Shown here piece by piece: positions 8,436 to 16,033 of a DNA stretch of 52,612 nt. The DNA comes from Acidimicrobiia bacterium. GTDB taxonomy: Bacteria; Actinomycetota; Acidimicrobiia; Spongiisociales; Spongiisociaceae. Each line of letters starts with the position of its first letter. The stretch's first letter is position 1. Below the pieces are notes generated by a model. The model was not told the DNA's origin, made no database searches, and saw nothing but the letters and a program-made list of their open reading frames with translations. The translations under genes and the position numbers were made by a program. The stretch is from the NCBI GenBank assembly GCA_041576165.1, contig JBFGLM010000034.1, positions 1 through 52,612 of the forward strand. The letters run 5' to 3'.

Positions 8436-9283
8436 CAGCTGCGGACCCACATGGCGATGAGTGACGGCTGAACCGTCCGCTGAACCGAATCACCGAGAAT
8501 CTCGGACACTTGGCGAGCGTCCACCTGGCTGCGGAGTCGCAGGTCGGCGACCGGATGCTCGAGATCGCCCAACAGCAATCCAAAACCAGCACTCATGAGG
8601 GCGGCCAACACGAATGCGAACAGCGGCAGGACCACCAGCTTGAGTTGTTGGCGCTCGAAGGCTTCGCTGCGTCGCCAGCGTCCGACCAGCGATCGGAGCG
8701 CTAGCAGAGCCAGCATCGCCACGCCCCAGCCGGCGGCCACTTCGAGAGCGGAATCGCGCAACGGACGCAGCAGATCCCCGCCGACAGGGTTGAGGATCTC
8801 GGTCGATCCCAGCTGTCCTGGCCGCACGAGGTAGTAAGTGGTCAGGACCGCTGCAAACAGCAGAACGATTCGTTCTGCGACGATCCAGCGCCCGGTCGCA
8901 ACGCGCCCCGTCGGATACCACAGGATCCAGAGCGGTATCAGTGCTATCCCTGCCACAACGGCCGCTTCGGTGATAACAATCAGCGGTCCAGCGGGCCAGC
9001 CTGACCGTACCGCCGCCAGCTGGCCGGCTGCACCACCAGGAACCAGGATGCCGATCCCGGCGAGGAGCCAACTCAGCCGGTTGTCAGGCCTGCGCACCAC
9101 CAGGAAAGCGCCGACGAGCGGAAACCCGAGCCACGACAAGAGCCAGATGGCATCAAATCCGCGTACGTCATCCGCGCTCGCGAGCCAGAGAACGATCAAG
9201 AGCGCGGTTGTGGCGGCCAGTGCTGCAACCGGCCAACGCACCCGGTGCCAACGCAAGCGATCGGACCTGGCCTGAAACGTCAT
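8435..9283 (-). CDS. Multi-pass membrane sensor-like protein, array paralogue 4, with in-frame internal deletion (possible pseudogene)
   Basis: Start MTFQARS at 9283 (ATGA overlap); has RRPDNR, WYPTG, ERQQLK and the RTVQP..IAMWVR tail, but lacks the RYRLYEIDR...RRFYRxRYD block found in the other five. Confidence 0.75.
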   Translation of the reverse strand: MTFQARSDRLRWHRVRWPVAALAATTALLIVLWLASADDVRGFDAIWLLSWLGFPLVGAFLVVRRPDNRLSWLLAGIGILVPGGAAGQLAAVRSGWPAGPLIVITEAAVVAGIALIPLWILWYPTGRVATGRWIVAERIVLLFAAVLTTYYLVRPGQLGSTEILNPVGGDLLRPLRDSALEVAAGWGVAMLALLALRSLVGRWRRSEAFERQQLKLVVLPLFAFVLAALMSAGFGLLLGDLEHPVADLRLRSQVDARQVSEILGDSVQRTVQPSLIAMWVRS

Positions 9284-10452
9284 GCCCGCACCCACAAACC
9301 CAGCGAGGCGGGCTGCACCGTACGCCGCACTGCCCCTACCCAGCCGTCGGTGAGCCGCCGGGAGTCGACCTCGTCCCGGAGTAGTGCCGCAAACGCCTCA
9401 GCAACGAGATCGGCGTCGTACCGGGCACGATAGAAGCGGCGGTCGGTCCAGCTGACCACGCGCCGCCTGAGCGGGTTGAACAGCGCCGCCACCACCAGCG
9501 TTGAGGCGGCAACAAACAGCGGCGGTGCGTCTTGGGCCACCAGCGAACTGGGCAGCCACACCGCACCCACCGTGTAGACCAAGCCCAAGATCCCAACCAC
9601 CAGCGCATACGCGGCAGTGCGCGACGCGATCCGGTCGATCTCATATAGGCGATATCGCAGGATGGCTACGGCGGTCGTGATCGGGATCGCGAGAACGAAT
9701 ATCGCCCAGAGCCAGTTCCAGTTGGGGATGATGTCTTGGAGCAGAGTCGCCTCGAGCACCGACAGGCTCACGAGCGCGGTCATGGTGTACAGCAACCATT
9801 TGAGCTGCTGGTGCTCGACCCCCCGCGACCGGAAGAAGCGCACGGCCAGGCTGAGCACCGAACTCAGCACGAACACGACTACGATCCAGGTCACGAACGG
9901 TTCCAGCCATCCGAACTCAGGGTGCGGGATCCAGCTGAAGCCGATCGGATTCTTCACCCATTGCTCGCAGAACCCCGCGCGAGCGTCCATGCAGAGCTCA
10001 CTGGAGAATGTGTAGCCGATCAACACAAGAGCAGTTCCGGCGAATCCGAGCCACTCGACCCAGCGCCACCGCGGGGTCAACAAGCGGCCGGTCGGGAACC
10101 ACAGCAGGGCGAAACCGGTCAGGAAGAACGCTGTGGACCATGCGGCCGAGGTCAGAACGGACCCGAATGCGGTATTCGGCGCGATCGTGTCACCGGCCGC
10201 AATCAGCAGGAACCCGATGGCGATGAACGCCCAGCCGACCCTATGTCCCGCGAGCCTGGTCGCGATCAGCGCCCCCACGGCCACGAACGCCAGATCGACA
10301 AACCCGAAAATGACGTCGGTCGCGGCCTCATCCAGGCCGGCCTGTCCATTCCATTCGGTGGTGACGGCCTGCGCGATCACCAGCCCCATCGCCACCGCCA
10401 GGACAATGAGGGGCAGCCGGGGAGGGCGCCGCAGGCTCGATTGGGCGATCAC
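9280..10452 (-). CDS. Multi-pass membrane sensor-like protein, array paralogue 3
   Basis: GTG start at 10452 overlaps the upstream stop (GTGA); GHRVGW, WFPTG, NPIG, GVEHQQLKW, RYRLYEIDR, RRTVQPASLGLWVRA. Confidence 0.85.
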   Translation of the reverse strand: MIAQSSLRRPPRLPLIVLAVAMGLVIAQAVTTEWNGQAGLDEAATDVIFGFVDLAFVAVGALIATRLAGHRVGWAFIAIGFLLIAAGDTIAPNTAFGSVLTSAAWSTAFFLTGFALLWFPTGRLLTPRWRWVEWLGFAGTALVLIGYTFSSELCMDARAGFCEQWVKNPIGFSWIPHPEFGWLEPFVTWIVVVFVLSSVLSLAVRFFRSRGVEHQQLKWLLYTMTALVSLSVLEATLLQDIIPNWNWLWAIFVLAIPITTAVAILRYRLYEIDRIASRTAAYALVVGILGLVYTVGAVWLPSSLVAQDAPPLFVAASTLVVAALFNPLRRRVVSWTDRRFYRARYDADLVAEAFAALLRDEVDSRRLTDGWVGAVRRTVQPASLGLWVRA

Positions 10453-11627
10453 CGTCGGACCCACAAACCCAGCGAGGCCGGCTGGACCGTGCGCCGGACC
10501 GCCCACACCCAGTCCCCGGTCAGTTGGCATACCTCGGTCTGGTCACGTAGCCGGCTCGACAGCGACTCAGCCACCTGCGTGGCGTCGTACCGGGACCGGT
10601 AGAACCGCCGGTCCATCCACCACATCACGCGGCGGCGCAGCGGGTTGAACAGCGCTGCCACCGCCAATGTGGATGCAGCCACGAACAGCGGAGGCGATTC
10701 CTCTGCCACCAGGCTGCTGGGCAGCCACACCGCCCCGGTCGCATACACGAGTGCCAGTAGTGCGATCAGGAGCCCGTACCCGAAAGTGCGCGACACGATC
10801 CGATCGATCTCATACAGCCGGTACCGGAGGATGGCGATCGCCGCGGCGACCGGCATTGCCAGGCTCAACATTGCGAGAATTGCACCGATCAGGGCGTCGG
10901 AGATGACGTTCCGAAGCAGCCACTCGCTGACGACCGTGGCTGTCACAAGGGCGGTCGTTGCGTACACGAGCCAGGACAACTGCTTCCGCTCCATGCCCTG
11001 AGAGCGCACAAACCGGATCACCAACGACCCGGCCGCAGTCAGCACAAAGCCGGCCGTGAGGGGTAAAAGAAGCTTCTCGAGCCCACTGACTTCGGGGTTC
11101 GGAATCCAGCTGACACCGATCGGGTTGGTGGTGTACCCGACACACTGTTCGCCGACGAAGTGCGTACAAATCTCAGCCGCGAAGAGATGACCGAGCACGC
11201 TGACGGCACCGGCGCCATAGCCCACCCACTCGAGCCACTGCCATCTGGATGACAGCGGCCTGCCGGACGGGAACCAGAGCATCACGAATCCGATCAGGAA
11301 GACCCACGAGATATACAGAGCGTTGCCAATCGCATCGCTGACGATGCTCCCAGGCAACAGGTGTTTCGCTCCGTTCACCAGCAGTGCGAGCCCAGTCACG
11401 ACGAAGACCCACCCGATCCGGTGTCCACTGGTTCGATGAATGATCAACGAGCCGATCGCTGCATAGATAAGACTTGCAAACATGAGCGGGAGTTCGACCA
11501 CCAGCTCTTCCGTCGGCCGCTCGTTCAACAAAAGCAACGCGACGCCCGTGCCAAACAGCAAGCTGGCCACGAGAAAGATCACAAAGGGGAACTTCCAGGG
11601 GCGCAGAGCTGTGGGTGCGTGCTTCAC
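10449..11627 (-). CDS. Multi-pass membrane sensor-like protein, array paralogue 2
   Basis: GTG start at 11627 (GTGA overlap); GHRIGW, WFPSG, NPIG, RYRLYEIDR, RRTVQPASLGLWVRR. Confidence 0.85.
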   Translation of the reverse strand: MKHAPTALRPWKFPFVIFLVASLLFGTGVALLLLNERPTEELVVELPLMFASLIYAAIGSLIIHRTSGHRIGWVFVVTGLALLVNGAKHLLPGSIVSDAIGNALYISWVFLIGFVMLWFPSGRPLSSRWQWLEWVGYGAGAVSVLGHLFAAEICTHFVGEQCVGYTTNPIGVSWIPNPEVSGLEKLLLPLTAGFVLTAAGSLVIRFVRSQGMERKQLSWLVYATTALVTATVVSEWLLRNVISDALIGAILAMLSLAMPVAAAIAILRYRLYEIDRIVSRTFGYGLLIALLALVYATGAVWLPSSLVAEESPPLFVAASTLAVAALFNPLRRRVMWWMDRRFYRSRYDATQVAESLSSRLRDQTEVCQLTGDWVWAVRRTVQPASLGLWVRR

Positions 11628-12784
11628 GTCCGCACCCACAGCATCATTCCCGTCGGTTGGACCGTACGGCGTACGGCCCATACCCAGTGAGCCGTCAGCT
11701 GAGTCACCTCGGTCTGCTCACGCAGGCGGCTCGCCAGCGAGTTCGCCACCTGCTCCGCGTCGTACCGAGAGCGGTAGAACCGCCGGTCCATCCAGCGGAT
11801 GACCCGTCTGCGTACCGGGTTGAACAGCGCTGCGACCGCCAGGGTCGACGCAGCCACGAACGGCGGGGTCGCTTCTTCACCCAGGAGCTCGGCAGGTAGC
11901 CAGATCGCCCCAGTCGCATACACCAAACCCAACAACGCGATCAGAAGCCCGTACCCGAACGTGCGCGACACGATTCGATCGATGTCGTACAGCCGGTACC
12001 GCAGGACGGCCACTCCGATTGTCAGAGGGATTGCCCAGGCGGCGACGAACCACACGTATTCGCCCGGTCCTTCCGGGAGCACCTGGCCGGCCGAAATCGT
12101 GATCAGGAACGTCGCGGCACCCCACAACACCCATCGGAACTGTTGCCGCTCAACACCATGGCTGTGGCGCCATCGCCGGACCAAGGCTGCCAACGCCACC
12201 CCCACGATGAGCAACATGGCGTGAAAGCCCGAAGCGCCCGAGTCCCTGGTGATGAACTCCGAAATCCCGGACATCGGGGCGAACGCGAGCGGGCTGGGTT
12301 TGCCCGTGTATTCCATCGGCGTACTCGATACGGCAAAGGCGGCCAGCACCACCGCCAGGTAAACCAGCAGGATACGGGCCGTCAGCCGCTCGGCCCGGCC
12401 GGCATAGGCGCCGCTGGGAAAAACCAGCAACACCCAGATGATCATGAACCAGGGGACCACCCCGGCCAGAACGTTGCCCAGCTCGAGCCAAGCCGCAGCC
12501 CGTCCCAGTGGGATCTCAGCTGCGGCCTGGGAGAGGATGAAGCCGGTTCCCCACCAGAACCCGATCGCCAGCAGGGCGTTGCCCACCCGATTGTCGGGTC
12601 GCCGCCGGACGATCACGTAGCCCACCGGGGCCCACAGGATCCAGACAAGCGGCCATGTGAAGTCTGGGCCCAACAGGCCGCCGAACGTGCCGATGCCAAT
12701 GCCGCCGGTTGCAACCGCGAGAGCGAACAACCTGAGAGCCGATCGCCACCTAGGTTCAACCCCGACAGGAGCCTGGACGCGCAC
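11624..12784 (-). CDS. Multi-pass membrane sensor-like protein, array paralogue 1 (promoter-proximal)
   Basis: RRPDNRVG, VFPSG, GVERQQFRW, RYRLYDIDR, RRTVQPTGMMLWVRT; start uncertain (GTG at 12784 chosen). Confidence 0.82.
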   Translation of the reverse strand: MRVQAPVGVEPRWRSALRLFALAVATGGIGIGTFGGLLGPDFTWPLVWILWAPVGYVIVRRRPDNRVGNALLAIGFWWGTGFILSQAAAEIPLGRAAAWLELGNVLAGVVPWFMIIWVLLVFPSGAYAGRAERLTARILLVYLAVVLAAFAVSSTPMEYTGKPSPLAFAPMSGISEFITRDSGASGFHAMLLIVGVALAALVRRWRHSHGVERQQFRWVLWGAATFLITISAGQVLPEGPGEYVWFVAAWAIPLTIGVAVLRYRLYDIDRIVSRTFGYGLLIALLGLVYATGAIWLPAELLGEEATPPFVAASTLAVAALFNPVRRRVIRWMDRRFYRSRYDAEQVANSLASRLREQTEVTQLTAHWVWAVRRTVQPTGMMLWVRT

Positions 12785-12839
12785 GAGTGGTCTTCTCGAT
12801 CTCGTCAGCCGATTCGTGCCGCACACATAGGACGAAGGA

Positions 12840-12856
12840 CGTCACGGAACCGTTAC
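12840..12856 (-). promoter_or_regulatory. GTAACG-N5-GTGACG direct repeat (11-bp period) between the array and the divergent BTAD regulator
   Basis: Plus strand CGTCAC at 12840 and CGTTAC at 12851. Confidence 0.6.
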
Positions 12857-12938
12857 GAAACGGCGGAATGAACCCATTGTCGCGCCATACCGCCGGGCGT
12901 ATGCTCCGCGCGATGAGAGGGGCTGCCGAACGCTCGAT

Positions 12939-15641
12939 GTGAAGCTCTTCGGGAACCCGAGCTTCACGCTCGACGGAACGGCGGTGACCGCCGACACCCG
13001 TAAGGCGAGCGCGCTCCTGGCATATCTCGTGGTGGAAGGACCTTCCGCCAGGGACGTGCTGGCGGCCCTGCTGTGGCCGGAATCTCCCCATTCACGAGCT
13101 CGGGCCACGCTGCGGCGCACGCTCTCAGCCATAAGGTCCGCGATGGGGCCCAACGTGCTGCTCGCGGATCGCAACCATGTGCGACTCCACGCCGGCGTGC
13201 GGGCCGACGTGACCACCTTCGAAAAGTCACTGGCGGCGGCGGATCAACACAGCCACATTGACCGTGAGTTGTGTCCCGCATGCACGGCAAGCCTCCAAGC
13301 CGCGGTCGACGCATATTGCGGAGATTTCCTGGCGGGCTTCTATCTGCGGGACTCTCCCGAGTTCGACGACTGGACCCGCCAGACCGCAGAGTCCTACCGG
13401 CTCGCCTGCGAGCGCGCCTATGAGCGTCTATCGATCGCCTTCGCCGCTCAAGGGGACTACCGGAGGGCGATCGACGCCGCTCACCAGTGGTTGGAGCTCG
13501 ACCGGCTGCGGGAGCCTGCCTATCGCCAGCTAATGCTGCTCAACGCCTGGGCCGGCGACCGCGCCGCTGCCGCAGAGACGTACCGCCGGTGTTTGACGAC
13601 ACTCAACCGGGAACTCGGAGTGGATCCGCTTGCCGAAACAACCGAGCTGTACGACGCCGTGCTGGACGACGACCTTCCACCATCGCCGGGACCGCGACGG
13701 CCGGCCGTGCCCCAACCCTCCCTCCGGCCATCGCCTCCACCGGATCTCGTCGACCGCCGCCACGAGCTCGAAGTTCTGGCTCGTGCCATGACGGACCAAC
13801 CTGGCGGGACGGTGATACGGCTCGTTGGGGAGGCCTGGATGGGCAAGACCCGCTTGATCGAGGAGGCGCGATCCCTCGCGGAAGAACAAGGACGACCGGT
13901 CGTTGCGGTGCGGGGATACCGAGCAGAACGGCAGCTCCCGTTTGGCGTCGTAGCGCAGGCGCTCGGAGCCTTGACCAACCTCCCCGATTGGAAGGCGACC
14001 CGGGGAACCGTTCCAGCCTGGGCGCGGCGGGAGACAGCCCGCATCTACCCAGACCTGGGACCCGGCCCTGCCACGGGCTCCGACACCTTCGCAGAAACCA
14101 GGCTATACGACGCATTGCTGCGGGTTCTGACGGCTGGACCCATCGTCTATCTGGTCGACGACACGCATTGGGTCGACGAATCATCGCTGGCTGTCTTGAC
14201 CTACCTGGTCAACCGGATCACGTCGACGGGCACGCTGGTGGTCTTCGCTCACCGCCCCGAAGAAGACCGGAACCTCGGTTCGCTGGTCGAAGCGGCCGCG
14301 ATGCACGGACCGCCGCTCGTACTCGAGCCGCTGACGCCCGCCGCGATCCCGGACACCGACGACGCTGACTCGATCATCGCCAGAACCGGCGGTATTCCCG
14401 TACTGGTGGCTGAGGCCCTGGCAGGGGGCGGAGGTGCGACGCCCACTCCCGGCGTGCGCCGGTTCATGAAAGTGCGATTGGCGGATCTCGACGAGCTGAG
14501 CCGCCAGGTGCTGGCGGCGGCTTCTGTGCTCAGCGGTAGCAGCGACTTCGATCTCCTGCGGGAGGTCAGCGGACGCAGCGAGGAAGAGGTGATCGCGGCG
14601 GCCGAAGCACTCACGGCTCGACGCATCCTCACGACGAGCGGCGACGGCGAGCTCGACTTCTCGCTGGCAACCATGAAACAGCTCGTATACGAAGAGACGA
14701 GCTTGATCCGGCGCCGGCTGCTCCACCGCCGGGCCGCCGAAACCTTGGACACCAGGCCGCGAGCCCAGACCGATGCCGTGCTGGCGACAGCGATCGCCCA
14801 GCATCATCAGCGAGGCGGACAGGATGAACGAGCCGCCGAGTGGTACGTCCGGGCCGGCCGATTGGCCAGGGAAGTGTTCGCTCCGGCTGAAGCCATACGG
14901 TCGTTCCAGACGGCGCTCGCGTTGGGCCGCTCTGACGAGGCCGAAGTGCGAATCGATCTGGGCGACACCCTCCTGTTCATGGGTCGATTCAGTCGGGCTG
15001 TCACTGAATTCGAGATTGCTGCTTCTCTCACCGAAGGACCAGCGCGCGCTGTCGCCGGACACCGCATCGGGGAAGCGAACCGCCGGCTGGGGCGCCTCGA
15101 CGTGGCGCTCGAGCGCTTCGCCCTAGCCGAGCGGGACCATCCTGATCCCGTTTCGCTCTATTGCGATTGGGCCCTCGCTCTCCTTCGGCGAGGGGAGCGC
15201 AAGGCTGCCCGCGAGAAGGCCGATCGGGCCGTCGTGGCATCAGAAAAGGCCGGTGCCGCCGGACGCTCGCGGGCGCTGGCCGTGCTGGGGATCGTCAGCG
15301 GCCATCGGGCCGAGGCACGCCGGTCGCTGATGGCCGCTCTGGAACTTGCCGGCAACGATCCAATCCTGCGTATGGCGGCCCTCAATGCCTTGGCACATTC
15401 CCATGCTCAGTCCGACGAGCATTCGGATGCGCTCATGCTGGTCGACGAGGCACTCCGACTGGCCGCTGCCATCGGAGACCGCCACCGTCAAGCGGCGCTC
15501 TACAACCACTTGGCAGATCTGTACCACCGCATGGGCCGGGACGCCGACAGCGAGGCCGCGTTGAAGGAAGCCGTCAAACTCTTCGTCGAGGTCGAACCGG
15601 GGGCATGGGAACCGGAGGTATGGTTGCTGACCTGGTGGTAG
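12939..15641 (+). CDS. AfsR/SARP-like regulator: winged HTH + BTAD + AAA/STAND ATPase + TPR repeats
   Basis: KASALLAYL...LAALLWPE...ARATLRRTLS (wHTH); GDFLAGF...FDDW, LDRLREPAYRQLM, ELGVDPLAET (BTAD); GEAWMGKT and LVDDTHWVD (Walker A/B); TGGIP; helical repeats. Exact start uncertain. Confidence 0.92.
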   Translation: MKLFGNPSFTLDGTAVTADTRKASALLAYLVVEGPSARDVLAALLWPESPHSRARATLRRTLSAIRSAMGPNVLLADRNHVRLHAGVRADVTTFEKSLAAADQHSHIDRELCPACTASLQAAVDAYCGDFLAGFYLRDSPEFDDWTRQTAESYRLACERAYERLSIAFAAQGDYRRAIDAAHQWLELDRLREPAYRQLMLLNAWAGDRAAAAETYRRCLTTLNRELGVDPLAETTELYDAVLDDDLPPSPGPRRPAVPQPSLRPSPPPDLVDRRHELEVLARAMTDQPGGTVIRLVGEAWMGKTRLIEEARSLAEEQGRPVVAVRGYRAERQLPFGVVAQALGALTNLPDWKATRGTVPAWARRETARIYPDLGPGPATGSDTFAETRLYDALLRVLTAGPIVYLVDDTHWVDESSLAVLTYLVNRITSTGTLVVFAHRPEEDRNLGSLVEAAAMHGPPLVLEPLTPAAIPDTDDADSIIARTGGIPVLVAEALAGGGGATPTPGVRRFMKVRLADLDELSRQVLAAASVLSGSSDFDLLREVSGRSEEEVIAAAEALTARRILTTSGDGELDFSLATMKQLVYEETSLIRRRLLHRRAAETLDTRPRAQTDAVLATAIAQHHQRGGQDERAAEWYVRAGRLAREVFAPAEAIRSFQTALALGRSDEAEVRIDLGDTLLFMGRFSRAVTEFEIAASLTEGPARAVAGHRIGEANRRLGRLDVALERFALAERDHPDPVSLYCDWALALLRRGERKAAREKADRAVVASEKAGAAGRSRALAVLGIVSGHRAEARRSLMAALELAGNDPILRMAALNALAHSHAQSDEHSDALMLVDEALRLAAAIGDRHRQAALYNHLADLYHRMGRDADSEAALKEAVKLFVEVEPGAWEPEVWLLTWW

Positions 15642-15656
15642 CGGATCGGGCCCGTC

Positions 15657-15956
15657 TCAGGTCGCGACGACCTCACGGACGCCCGGGACCCGGTCGGACA
15701 GGATCCGCTCGATACCCGCCTTGAGCGTCATGATCGACATGGGACAGCCGCCGCAGGCGCCGACCATCTGGAGGTTGACCACGCCGTCCTCAACGCCGAG
15801 CAGCACTAGATCGCCGCCGTCGGCCTGCAGAGCCGGGCGGATGTAGTCGAGCGTGGCCTCGAGCATCGCCATGTCCACCTCGGCCGGGGCCTCGGTGTCG
15901 GAGTTGTCGAGCCGCCGCGCCGGACGCTCGATGGTTACGGGGGTCTCTTCTGCCAT
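15657..15956 (-). CDS. NifU C-terminal domain (Nfu-type) Fe-S carrier protein
   Basis: IRPALQADGGDL...GACGGCPMSIMTLKAGIER; ATG at 15956. Confidence 0.92.
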   Translation of the reverse strand: MAEETPVTIERPARRLDNSDTEAPAEVDMAMLEATLDYIRPALQADGGDLVLLGVEDGVVNLQMVGACGGCPMSIMTLKAGIERILSDRVPGVREVVAT

Positions 15957-16033
15957 ACCGTTCTCAATAACCACTACGGTCGTGTGACATATTCCATGGT
16001 AGCCCGCCCACCGGGGACAGAAACCTGGAGTAC

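Noticed and set aside
6155-12784. Array as a CRISPR, DGR, shufflon or integron cassette system
   Set aside because: The repeats are degenerate coding sequence. No reverse transcriptase, recombinase or cas gene is present, and the overlapping genes leave no room for attC-like sites.
15982-15998. CRP/GlxR-like site (TGTGA-N6-CCATG) upstream of the Nfu gene
   Set aside because: Only one half-site matches; too weak to call.
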